This document shows, in pieces, positions 12,681-37,699 of a stretch of DNA of 64,000 nt. Below the pieces are notes generated by a model. The model was not told where the DNA came from. It saw nothing but the letters and a program-made list of their open reading frames with translations, and did not search any database. The position numbers and the translations under genes were made by a program. Every line of letters starts with the position of its first letter. Position 1 is the first letter of the stretch. This stretch comes from the human T2T-CHM13v2.0 reference genome, Homo sapiens, in assembly GCF_009914755.1 (NCBI RefSeq), contig NC_060925.1. One strand, given 5' to 3'.

Positions 12681-15600
12681 CTGTGGTATTTCTTTAGCTA
12701 ACTCTGGCGTTCTTTCCGTGCATGTCTTTGTGGACACTAGGAACCAATGCTGTGCTGTGGATGAAGGGTGGAGGGTGGCCTTTTTAATCAAACCCCAGCA
12801 TAGCCAAAGAACTATTAATTTTTCAGTATGGTGGTTTTATGAAGGTGGGGGGAGGGGAAACAGCCTCAGTTTCCCACCTGTTGATTAGTTGGTAAAGGAA
12901 ACTATTTGTAGAAATACCTGATTCTCCATGCTTATGTTGCTTCATTTTTCCATTTAGATCTTTCCTTTGCCTCTTACATAAGCAGTGGGGGAAAGGACAA
13001 AAAAGTTTGGAGTGTCATGTCATGGTGAAAGGCAAAAGAGAGAGTTTTCAGAGCTGTTAGAGAAGTATCTTTCAAGGCTTAATTCCCACATCTATCTGGT
13101 TCCTAAAGGCCAAGTGGCTAAGATCTGATAAAGTCATTAGTGATAAGCTAGTTGATGACTCAGGCTCTGTGGCGACTGTGCTATCCTGGAACATTGTTCT
13201 TAGTCCCTTGATGGCTTTTCAGAGATCGTGGATTACCAGTTTTGCATTTGTGGGTATAAGCTAAGGATGTGCAGGAGCGGTTTGGTCAGATATCTCCTTG
13301 ACTATGGAAATTCTAATTCCCTCCCAGTCCAGCTAGCATACAACATTAGCCCTTTGTTTATAAAGTTAACGTGGACAGTGAGATCACCACCCTGGGTGAA
13401 TTAGAAACCAAAGTATTCAGCTTTCCTTGTATTTGTTCCCAGCCCTTTGGAGTAATTTTGCTCTGTGGAGTGTGACCACCTTTCCCAGGGGCTGCCATGG
13501 TGGGAGAGATAGATTCATGTGTCTCTGCCCTGCTGCCCACGTGATTCTGGTATTGTCACTGTTTGGGGATAAGTAGGGGGTGTTGATGTTGGAAGGAAAG
13601 CAAGAGAACTCTGTAGTCTGAAGATCTTCCTAATAACTGGTGAGGGGTAGTGAAATCAGTACCCATTATTTTCTAGGTCTCTAATACTGTAATTGAGATT
13701 ATTATGGCTACTACAGAGTATTATGGTTCCTGCATTCTCAGTCCCTTCAACCTCATATCAAAGATAAGGCCTCTGGACTAGAAGCTGTTTTTAGCCTAAA
13801 CTCTGGAAAGAATGAGATCAGGTAGGGGCACACTGGAGCTGAATTCCTCCCTACCACTCGGCTTGAGAATCCAGTTAGTCATTTCTTCCATCCAATATAG
13901 GCAGCCTAGCCTCACTGCAGAAGGTGACCAACTATGCTATTTTTTATTTTTTTATTTTTTTTTTGCCTTTGCAGTAAAGATAAATTCTCTCTTTTGGTTT
14001 GACTTAAAAATGTTCTACTTATATCCTGTTTATTCCACCTTTACTCTCCACCCTTCCACATGAACTTACTAGCTTAAGCCTTTTCCATAACTGAACTTCC
14101 TATTCTTAAAAGTTATGCCTGTTACTCAGTGATTTGCCAGATGGGCACCTCGGGTTTGAAAAGGGAATGGAAAAAATACCCCATTAGCCCTTTAAGATAC
14201 TCCTGTATCGTTCCCTTCTTTTACTTCAGTGTCTTTAGACAGTTGATGCTTCGGAGATGAGGAAGTATTTTCTCTTGCTTGGTTTTCTGTAGTTCCGTTA
14301 TTTTTCCTAGTTAGTGTTTGCCCCTCCCAGGAACTATCTGGACTTAGGATGTTGGGAAGGTTTTCCAGATTAAGATACCACTTCAAAAGTGACTGTTCAA
14401 GGTGGGCTTAACTTTGGAAGGCTGCCTTTGTCTGAGGCATTGGGAGGATTTAGGTTCTAGAGTTTGAATTGTGGGTGAATGGAGGATTCCTTATTTGTGA
14501 TTTGGCCACTCTAGTACACTGCTTCTAAAACTCTTTTCCATCAGTGTTCCTGATAGCAGAGGAGAAGGAAATGTGTACCTCTGATGGGAAGGATCCAAGG
14601 GCATAGACAGGCAAAGTTTTTCTGAAGCTTTGTTTTATTTTTATAAAAACTAATATATCTTTTTAAAATCATGCTTTATATTCCTAGTTAAATTACTTAC
14701 TTTTCTTCACATCTTTGTTTCAAAATGGAAAGTATAAAAGATGTTAGGTTATTTATTTCATGGCTTTTCCTATCTTCTTGACCCGATGCCTTATACCCCA
14801 GGTGATGGAATATAGTATGAGTATTTATTTGTTTGAGGAGTACAAATTAGAATGACATGTTGTACTACTCTGGTTTCTTTAAAGTTGTAGTGGTTAGTAG
14901 GGAGTTTTTTTCAACAGGAAATATGAGAGTTGGGGTATGAGAGCTTTTATCTTACGGAGAAGCTGAAGTTGTATACTGAAAATGACATGTGGTTTTTGTG
15001 TTCCACCTAGGCTATAGGAGATGGCCTACTCCTGTCTACCTATCCCTCCCCACCCCGCTACACTTAGGCTTAAATTGTGTACATGGAAATTGATCTTGAT
15101 ACTAGGCCTTTACATCTTAAGTTTGAAGATTTAGCCTAGATGCTCCAAGACTAAAGAAGCTGGACTAATTGAGCTGAGGCTCTGAGAATGAGAGTGCCCT
15201 TGGGGATTAAAGTGGACTGCTCCTCTAGTACTTATGCAGTGGAGGCATGGATTTTGAGCCCAGAAATGTCACTTCAGGAAGAGAGAGGGCCAGACTGCCC
15301 CAGTCTCCAGGAATAAAACTGAGTGGCATTTGGGTGGATTGATTTGAAATGGACATTAAAATTAAAAGTTTATTATATTCCTGCTAGACTTTGGCACAGA
15401 AGTGTTTTGAAAACAGTGTATGCTAGTGAGGTTTGGTCATATCCCCTTGCCCACCAAAAAACAACTTACCTCACTCTCTCTCACGTATACTCAACACGTA
15501 CCTGGGAAGGGCCAAAGAACCCTTAGGGAGCTTTTGTTTCATGAACTCTTACCTCTCAGGACTAACTTGAAGCTGGAAAACCGACCAAAATTCCCTTGCA

Positions 15601-15699
15601 TTGGTATAGCTAGAAAGGCTACAGATATCACCTCATCTCAGGAATAAGGGCCAGGTAGCTAGCTGAGCTAATCCTCCTGTCTGTTTCCTCCTCCCCCAG

Positions 15700-15767
15700 G
15701 TGTTTCAGTCACCTCCAGTAACACGGGCGTGCCAGATATCTCGGGTTCTGTGTACTCCAAAACCCAG
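15700..15767 (+). CDS. UBAP2L: UBAP2L exon (GVSVTSSNTGVPDISGSVYSKTQ)
   Basis: ccccag acceptor, CAG|gtaggt donor. Confidence 0.95.
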
Positions 15768-16350
15768 GTAGGTGCCTGGCTCTGGATAAAAGTGGAAAAG
15801 AGATAGACATAGAGGAGGTGGAGTTGCAATGGTAGAAATAACAGTGGACAAGAAGAACCCTAGGAGAGGTGGCAGGAAACCCATCCTACTTTTTCTAAAT
15901 GAAAGGTCTTCTCTAGACTTCACTTCCTCTAAGAAGTTAAAATTTAGCCCTCTGAGAAAAAAAACGAGAAACGTAATAGGAAGGTAAAGCGTGGCAAATT
16001 GTTTAACGTGTCATGTAATTTACTGTGCAACTCTCCTGGCCCCTTTTCCTACCTACTCCCAACCTTTTTCATAACTTTTCAAGAGAATAAGTATGAGAGT
16101 GACAGGAAACTAGTTCATTCCATTCTTTGAGTAAATCTATAACAGTGGGAGTGGGAAAGGAGACGACCTAGTAACTAATGAAGCATTTGAGTGATCCACA
16201 GGTTTGTTATGTTGCTTTTATCCCCCATCACCATAAATACTTAAAGTTTGCTATAAAGCACTGGGGGTCTGGGGGGGCACTTCATGCACAAGACCTTCAG
16301 CACTTCAAATATCTCAGTATGTGTTTATTTCTTTTGAAATATCCAACGAG

Positions 16351-17704
<1,354 letters not shown>

Positions 17705-17970
17705 TATTTGGTCTTTACAACAGGTTTGTAGCATCCCTGTTTTATATCTGAGGAAACTGAGGCTAAGAGATTGAGTAGTATGCCCAGGTTCACACAGTTC
17801 TTAAATAAGAGCAGAGCTGAGACTGAGACCTGAATATGTGACTTCAAGTGTACTGTGCCTTCTGTGACACCATGCTGCTTTCTGAGGGTCAGGGAGCTTG
17901 AGCTCAGGAAAAATCCCAAGACTAGTTTGCTGATCCCTTTTACTCTGTCTCCTCCTGGCCTCCTGGATAG

Positions 17971-18168
17971 CAGTCCTTTGAGAAACAAGGTTTTCATTCC
18001 GGTACTCCTGCTGCTTCCTTCAACTTGCCTTCAGCCCTAGGAAGTGGGGGCCCCATCAATCCGGCCACAGCTGCTGCCTACCCACCTGCCCCCTTTATGC
18101 ACATTCTGACCCCCCATCAGCAGCCGCATTCTCAGATCCTTCACCATCACCTGCAGCAGGATGGCCAG
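17971..18168 (+). CDS. UBAP2L: UBAP2L exon (QSFEKQGFHSGTPAASF...HHHLQQDGQ); NAGNAG acceptor (alternative start 17974)
   Basis: gaTAG CAG tandem acceptor, CAG|gtaata donor. Confidence 0.93.
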
Positions 18169-18575
18169 GTAATAGCCCTTCCCCTTCTCTCCTTTCCCTT
18201 CCTCTTCCTTCCTATCCCTTAAAACTGCCTTCCCTTTCCTTTTCTTACCCTTCCTCACCACCACCTTCACCCAATCCCTCCCCAGCGCCAGTCATGGGCA
18301 CACAGCACATACAGACACAAGCGCACATAACACGAGCGGCCGGCAAAGGAAATCTCAGAGAAGGGCCGGGTTGAAACCTTTTTTGCCCAATTCCTTTGGT
18401 GCCCTTCTCCTCCTGTGCCACAGTTGTCCTCATCCCATCAGACCTGGGTCACACCTTCCCTCTTTCCTCTCCCAGCCTTCCCTCTTCCCTGACATTTTAG
18501 CTTTCCCTTCTAATGGTGGAGTTCTATTGTCAAAGTTTGTCCCTTTATTTTCCATATATCCTGGTTCTGCCTCAG

Positions 18576-18626
18576 CTACCATATTTGCAGATGATTCTCT
18601 GTTGCCAGCGCCAGCAGGAGGAGCAG
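18576..18626 (+). CDS. UBAP2L: UBAP2L 51-nt cassette exon (LPYLQMILCCQRQQEEQ)
   Basis: cctcag acceptor, CAG|gtaatg donor, frame-preserving; matches a recalled +17-aa isoform. Confidence 0.75.
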
Positions 18627-19413
18627 GTAATGAAATTGAATGATCATATGCTTGAACCCACTCCTTTTCAGTCCCCATTTCACCTTCACAGCCTCAGGGA
18701 ACTTGAAAAGACTGCGCGGTCACAAATCGGGATACACAAACACAAACACCTTGCTGAGCTCTCTGGCCTCCCCTTCCTCTCTCCTCCTCCCCTCCCCAAC
18801 ACCCTCTTTATCTTTGTACCCTTCCCCAGCTGTGGAAAACATTCGGTTACCAGAATGGAAAAGATTCTTGGGGCAGCATCTGGAGCCTGAGGCCTCAGAC
18901 TGCCTCTCATACCTGCCTGAAATGGGCTCACAGATGTGATGTGTGGTAGGGGTGGGGATCTGTGGGGCGATGCAAGTGGCCTCTTGAGAGCTCCATTATA
19001 GGTGGCTGGAGCTAGAATAAGGGCTTCCTTCCTCAAAGACAGCTTTCCAAATTGAGGCATTAATGGGGATCAATGGAAATGAAATTGCCTTGTGATCACC
19101 CATCTCCAAGAGCAGGGGAGAGAGGGGGTAGTGTGAGAATGTAGAATTGAAAATGAGTAGAACTCACTCACTACCTTGTCTCTAAAGGTATCTTGCCCTC
19201 TTCATCTTTTCCCTATTTAAAAGTCAAAAATGCCTTCCTGCTTGTAAGAAAGGGGCTTTAGCAGCTATGCAGACCAAATTTTCTATGGTTCTAATAGTAG
19301 TGAGGGGAATGGGAGAGCAAGACAGTTTGCACATCTCCACCTGAAGATGTTACAAATTTGTACCACTAACTAGACACCTTTTTCCTCCTCATGATCCTCC
19401 CATTCCCCTGCAG

Positions 19414-19509
19414 ACGGGCAGCGGGCAACGTAGCCAGACCAGCTCCATCCCGCAGAAGCCCCAGACCAACAAGTCTGCCTACAACAGCTACAGCTGGGGG
19501 GCCAACTGA
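19414..19509 (+). CDS. UBAP2L: UBAP2L terminal exon of the long isoform (TGSGQRSQTSSIPQKPQTNKSAYNSYSWGAN*)
   Basis: ctgcag acceptor, TGA stop; canonical C-terminus. Confidence 0.95.
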   Translation, partial: TGSGQRSQTSSIPQKPQTNKSAYNSYSWGAN

Positions 19510-20090
19510 GGCCCTGACCCTCTTCTCCCGGTCCCATCTTCTGAGAGGGCTTCTCAGCCTGGAAACTATGGAAACAGCATCAAAGAGAAAGGAATGTGGG
19601 GGGTTTCCGCTGCCCCCCACCCCCAGCGGCCCACCCCATGCCTCAGCTTCATGTCTGTCCCATTCCTATACCATCCCCACCCTGTTGTATGTATTATAGG
19701 ATTTGTATTTTCTCCTTTTTTTTCCCCCTTCCATTCCTTCTCCCCTCTTGCATTCAAGATTATGAAACTTTGCTATGGGCCCTGCACTTCCTTTGCTTCC
19801 TCCTGTTCACCCTGGTGGTGTACGGATGAGGCGGGGAGGTGGGACCCCCAAATATATATCAGCCCAACAGCCCTAAGTCTCCTTCTTTATTATTAGGAAA
19901 ACAACAACAACAACAAACAAAAAAATGGCGTCATGAATATGAACAGCATTGTCAGATGAATTAGTTGAAGTGGTTTTTTTTTTTTTTTTTTTTTTTGTAC
20001 TGTGTCCTCAAATTTAATGGATTAATGTGTCTTGTATATATAAAAAGAAAACCTCTACCTTCAGCCTCTGCCTATTCTTGCTCCGTCTAG

Positions 20091-20129
20091 GACATCCTCA
20101 ATTTCGTCGATGACCAGCTTGGTGAATAA
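20091..20129 (+). CDS. UBAP2L: UBAP2L distal alternative terminal exon (DILNFVDDQLGE*)
   Basis: Pyrimidine tract + gtctag acceptor inside the long-isoform 3'UTR, phase 0, TAA, AATAAA 50 nt later; matches a recalled isoform tail. Confidence 0.8.
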   Translation, partial: DILNFVDDQLGE

Positions 20130-20179
20130 GTATTACTGTACCAACTGGGCCTCCTCTAGCAGGCCCCTGAAGGCAGTGG

Positions 20180-20185
20180 AATAAA
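20180..20185 (+). terminator. Distal UBAP2L polyadenylation signal
   Basis: AATAAA following the last exon. Confidence 0.75.
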
Positions 20186-20534
20186 ATGAATTCTTCGCCC
20201 TTTAAGAACTCCTGACCTTAATGTGGTAGTAGTATCTTGTCCTTGAGGGGATTTCCTTCCCCTCACCCCTAAGACTTTCACAACCTGGTGACTGGAAAGA
20301 ACCACCACAAATCTTCATTTCCTCCAGAAACTGCTACATCTACAGCCGATTTCAGGCAGTAAAGGGAGAGGGATAGAGGAGATTGGGTGGAAAATGGAGA
20401 GGATCAAGAAGGAGCTGAGACCATTTCAAAGAAAAAAAATGCTTTATAGAGTTTTAAGTATGACTTAGATGGGTCCAGGCAAATAAACTAAAAAGAAGTG
20501 AAGGCAACATGTATCGTCTGGCAGAACTAAATCT

Positions 20535-20683
20535 TGGAGTGGGGTGAGGGATGAAAGACTACATATTGGGTACAGTGTACACTGCTCGGGTGATGGGTGC
20601 GCTAAAGTCGCAGAAATCACTAAAGAACTCATCCATGTAACCAAACACCACCTGTACCCCAAAAACGAAATAAAAAAACAAAA
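20535..20683 (+). mobile_element. L1PB-type 3' end fragment
   Basis: attgggtacagtgtacactgctcgggtgatgggtgc...catgtaaccaaacaccacctgtacccc + A-rich tail. Confidence 0.75.
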
Positions 20684-21543
20684 CCTTGGGGCCCATTCCC
20701 CCTAGGAATGGACTACTGTAGTAGTGGCTTCTTGGATGCTTCTCTGTGACATAGCTATACCCAATTCTTTGAAAAAGAATCTAGAGCAAGGTCTGGCTTG
20801 GGGATGGGGTACAGGGAGAGACAGGTCTCGGAGAGGTTTTGAACAAAACACTTTTAAAAAGGAATGAGGACAGGCGCTTTGGGAGGCTGGGTTGGGCGGA
20901 TCACCTTAGGTCAGGAGTTCGAGACCAGCCTGGTCAACATGGTGAAACCCCGTTTCTACAAAAAATACAAAAGTAGCCGGGCGTGGAGGCGCATGACTGT
21001 AATCCCAGCTACTCGGGAGGCTGAGACAGGAGAGAACCTGGGAGGCGAAGGTTGCAGTGAGCCGACATGGTGCCACTGCACTCCAGCCTGGGAAACATGA
21101 GAGAAAACTCTGTCTCAAAAAAAAAAAAAAAAAAAAAAAAAAGATACCAAAGGGATATTTCTTTATAACCCCCAATTTGTTCCTTCTCAGGACTCAACTA
21201 GCTTCCCTTCCCTTGCTTTCTTAAAAATCCTTTGTCTTGCTGGTTGCAGAGCCTGCTTAGAAAAAAGAATTCTATATAGTTATAACAAACTCCCTAGTAG
21301 CTAGAGAGGTGGAGGAAGTTAAGTCCATGCGTCTCTTATGTCTTGATCTCTTCTCTGGGAAATTCAATACTAGAAGGAGCTTGGAAAAGCATTTTGTTCA
21401 TCCCTCTAACAGCAGACATCGCCCAGGTCAGTCAAAAAGAACGCCCGAGTAAGGAGCGAGGTGGCTTCTGCTGTGAGGCTGGCCAGCCCCGCGGGTGGGG
21501 TGGTTGAGGGACGCCCTCAAGCCGGTCCATTTGTGCGGCTGGG

Positions 21544-21557
21544 CTGCCCTCTGGCGG
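21544..21557 (-). promoter_or_regulatory. CTCF core motif
   Basis: Minus strand reads CCGCCAGAGGGCAG, a full match to CCRSYAGRKGGCRS; occupancy not verifiable from sequence. Confidence 0.6.
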
Positions 21558-21930
21558 CTTTATCCGGGTGCCATCCAGAGTCAAACCCTCGAAATCGCTT
21601 TTCGTACTGAGTTGGTCTGCAGAAAGAAGAACAGATTTAGGAGGAAGGCGGTCATAGGAAACTGAAAGTGCGTCACGCCCACTCCCGTCACGGAAACTGG
21701 TCTCTGAAAGGTGGGGTAAAGATAAAGCCTTTCAAATTTGAGGAAGACCTTCGGTCCCGCCTCCATTTCACGTCCGGCTTACCGTCGTTTACGACAGTGT
21801 CAGGATCGCGGGCTTGCTTTCCGGTAGCGTGGGCTGACGCCTCGCTCAATTTCTCACAGGGCTGCGCAGGTTTCCCCCGTCTGCGAATGGACCACTGGAG
21901 GGGTTCAAAGGTTCGCGTCCCAGTACGGGA

Positions 21931-21983
21931 ATGAGCCTCTTTGATCTCTTCCGGGGCTTTTTCGGCTTTCCTGGACCTCGGAG
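21931..21983 (+). CDS. HAX1: HAX1 exon 1 coding part (MSLFDLFRGFFGFPGPR)
   Basis: ATG 21931; GAG|gtgaga donor; recognised N-terminus. Confidence 0.97.
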
Positions 21984-22510
21984 GTGAGAGTAGGTCCGGC
22001 TCGGACAAGGGTGGGGGTCGTCTGAGGGGAGCTTGACCCCTACGTCTTATTTTTGGAAAAACATCCTCTGTCCCACTCCTTCAACTCCTGCAGAGAGGAC
22101 AGAAGTCGCAACATTGAACACTCACCCCGCCACAGTAACCAAGGCGGTCATTAAGAGGAGAAACAGCAAACTAAGCCTTTCTCCAACCTGGGGTGATGCA
22201 ACAGGGACCCGGGCGGGGAAGACCGTGAGGGTCTGGGGAATAGGACAGTGAGCAAGTGAGCAGGACCTTGGGAGAGAGAGGAGGGACTGGGGCACACTGA
22301 AGAAAAACTGGGGGAAGGTGTATGAAGGGAGCTGCGAGCTGAGGTCTGACTTTGATTAAAAAAAAAAAAAAAAAAAAAGAACTGTCAGCCATTGTATTAA
22401 TGTTTTGATGTGGCAGCCAGTCCTCCGACCCTCTCCCTAGCTTCCCAGACCCCTTGCTCTTGTCCCACTTTGCCACCCATGAGTTGATTTAATGGCTTAA
22501 ATAGTGCTGA

Positions 22511-23753
<1,243 letters not shown>

Positions 23754-24039
23754 AAAGATTGCAATTCTTGTTTGAATCTGATAGCCTTGGGTTGGAATCC
23801 TAAGCCCTCCATTTAGTGTTTTCTGTTTTCTATATTAAGCTTGTGGGATTTTCTTTGGGGGGAGATGGGTGTTCTGTTTCTTTTAAAAAACAAAAACAAA
23901 AAAACACCACTGGTCTAGATAATTCTTGGATAAGGCAGGATTGTGCACAGAGGATAGGAATATATCAGTTCAGGAAGTCTTTCTGGTAGAAGGATACATA
24001 AAACAGCCAGGAAGGAGTGTGTAAATAAGGCTATTCTGA

Positions 24040-24473
<434 letters not shown>

Positions 24474-24599
24474 TGAAAGAAAGAGGTAAAGGAAAGTATG
24501 GCCAGGGAACGAATGCCCTGAAACAGGGATCTGTGTAAAGAAACTGCTGAGCATAACCTTTAGTAACATTCGGAATATGGTGGGGACTTCTCTTTGTAG

Positions 24600-24806
<207 letters not shown>

Positions 24807-24809
24807 TGA

Positions 24810-24908
<99 letters not shown>

Positions 24909-25059
24909 CCTTGTTAACCCTCAGAGGCCTTCAAGTCCTTTCCACCTCTCACCCATTGCCCACCATTAATAAGCTTAGCTTCTCTTGCCACCTCAGGGGC
25001 TTGGATATGTGGAATAGTGAACTGGGGCCATGTCAGTTTGTCACTCACCCAAACTGACC

Positions 25060-25065
25060 AATAAA
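25060..25065 (+). terminator. HAX1 polyadenylation signal
   Basis: AATAAA ~150 nt after the stop, followed by T/GT-rich downstream element. Confidence 0.85.
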
Positions 25066-25275
25066 ACCTTTATTTATGCTAATTTTTTGTCTTGGTTTTG
25101 TCAAGGCTATTTCAGTTTCTAGAACCATCCAACACTTCCGAAATTATCTTGGTCCTCTGCCTTCTCCTTATTCCTTAATTTTTTATTCTGCATCTAAAAC
25201 CTGATTTCATAAGTAAGGGTCAGGCACAAGTAGAAAATGATTTTTCTTTCTCAAGCAAGAAAAAAAAAAAAAGAG

Positions 25276-35963
<10,688 letters not shown>

Positions 35964-36110
35964 TCAATAATGGAAACTATAATCAAAGGTAATAGTGAAT
36001 AGACCTAGGGGGGAGTTTGCAAAATTTAAAGCAAGCAATGGGTTAATATCTAGACCACACAACCCACTCCTCAAATCAATAAGGCACTAAACTAAAAGCA
36101 AGAAAATAGG

Positions 36111-37602
36111 GCTCCCTCTCCCTCTCCCTCTCCCCACGGTCTCCCTCTCCCTCTCTTTCCACGGTCTCCCTCTGATGTCGAGCCAAAGCTGGACGGTACT
36201 GCTGCCATCTCGGCTCACTGCAACCTCCCTTCCTGATTCTCCTGCCTCAGCCTGCCGAATGCCTGTGATTGCAGGCGCACGCCGCCATGCCTGACTGGTT
36301 TTCGTATTTTTTTGGTGGAGATGGGGTTTCGCTGTGTTGGCTAGGCTGGTCTCCAGCTCCTAACCGCGAGTGATCCACCAGCCTCGGCCTCCCGAGGTGC
36401 CGGGATTGCAGACGGAGTCTCCTTCACTCAGTGCTCAATGGTGCCCAGGCTGGAGTGCAGTGGAGTGATCTCGGCTCGCTACAACCTCCACCTCCCAGCA
36501 GCCTGCCTTGGCCTCCCAAAGTGCCGAGATTGCAGCCTCTGCCCGGCCGCCACCCCGTCTGGGAAGTGAGGAGCGTCTCTGCCCGGCCGCCCATCGTCTG
36601 GGATGTGAGGAGCCCCTCTGCCTGGCTGCCTAGTCTGGAAAGTGAGGAGGGTCTCTGCCCGGCCGCCATCCCATCTAGGAAGTGAGGAGCGCCTCTTCCC
36701 GGCCGCCATCCCATCTGGGAAGTGAGGAGCGTCTCTGCCCGGCCACCCATCGTCTGAGATGTGGGGAGCACCTCTGCCCTGCCGCCCCGTCCGGGATGTG
36801 AGGAGCGTCTCTGCCCGGCCGCCCCGTCTGAGAAGTGAGGAGACCCTCTGCCTGGCAACCGCCCCGTCTGAGAAGTGAGGAGCCCCTCCGCCCAGCAGCC
36901 ACCCCGTCTGGGAAGTGAGGAGCGTCTCTGCCCGGCAGCCGCCCCGTCCGGGCGGGAGGTGGGGGGTCAGCCCCCCGCCCGGCCAGCCGCCCCGTCCGGG
37001 AGGTGAGGGGCGCCTCTGCCCCGCCGCCCCTACTGGGAAGTAAGGAGCCCCTCTGCCCGGCCACCACCCCGTCTGGGAGGTGTACCCAACAGCTCATTGA
37101 GAACGGGCCATGATGATAATGGCGGTTTTGTGGAATAGAAAGGGGGGAAAGGTGGGGAAAAGATTGAGAAATCGGATGGTTGCCGTGTCTGTGTAGAAAG
37201 AGGTAGACATGGGAGACTTTTCATTTTGTTCTGTACTAAGAAAAATTCTTCTGCCTTGGGATCCTGTAGATCTGTGACCTTACCCCCAACCCTGTGCTCT
37301 CTGAAACAGGTGCTGTATCCACTCAGGGTTGAATGGATTAAGGGCGGTGCAAGATGTGCTTTGTTAAACAGATGCTTGAAGGCAGCATGCTCTTTAAGAG
37401 TCATCACCACTCCCCAATCTCAAGTACCCAGGGACACAAACACTGCGGAAGGCCGCAGGGTCCTCTGCCTAGGAAAACCAGAGACCTTTGTTCACTTGTT
37501 TATCTGCTGACCTTCCCTCCACTATTGTCCTGTGACCCTGCCAAATCCCCCTCTGCAAGAAACACCCAAGAATGATCAATAAAAAAAAAAGAAAAAGAAA
37601 AA
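36111..37602 (+). mobile_element. Full-length SVA retrotransposon
   Basis: CCCTCT hexamers, antisense Alu-like part, GC-rich VNTR (~36540-37080), SINE-R, AATAAA + A tail, TSD AAGAAAATAGG (36100-36110 / 37603-37613). Confidence 0.95.
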
Positions 37603-37632
37603 AAGAAAATAGGTAAAAAACATGATTAAGCA

Positions 37633-37699
37633 CTCACTGATGAGTAGCTTCTGACTTTCATTCTGAGTTTGCTGAACCCAGATGCCATTCCTGGGAAGG
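37633..37699 (+). pseudogene. SNORD59(B)-derived C/D snoRNA retrocopy
   Basis: ctcacTGATGAgta..ttctgactttc..ttctgagtttgctgaa.ccagatgc..ctgggaagg matches recalled SNORD59B; A tail; degenerate TSD aaacatgattaagca / aaacatggtaagca; D box degraded to CTGG. Confidence 0.8.

Larger units (their letters stand above)
21420..22220 (+). promoter_or_regulatory. HAX1: HAX1 CpG-rich promoter / first exon region
   Basis: Marked CpG enrichment relative to flanks; CRE-like TGCGTCA (21669-21675) and TGACGC, ETS-like CGGAA; no clear TATA box. Confidence 0.8.

Noticed and set aside
12213-12791. 192-aa minus-strand ORF
   Set aside because: Antisense to the UBAP2L short terminal exon and 3'UTR, non-ATG start, no recognisable domain
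36424-37575. Repetitive ORFs with periodic units that could resemble a CRISPR-like or repeat-protein array
   Set aside because: SVA VNTR/SINE-R; units are degenerate tandem repeats without unique spacers
37633-37699. Functional SNORD59 guide RNA
   Set aside because: Intergenic, D box mutated (CTGG), guide region carries a deletion
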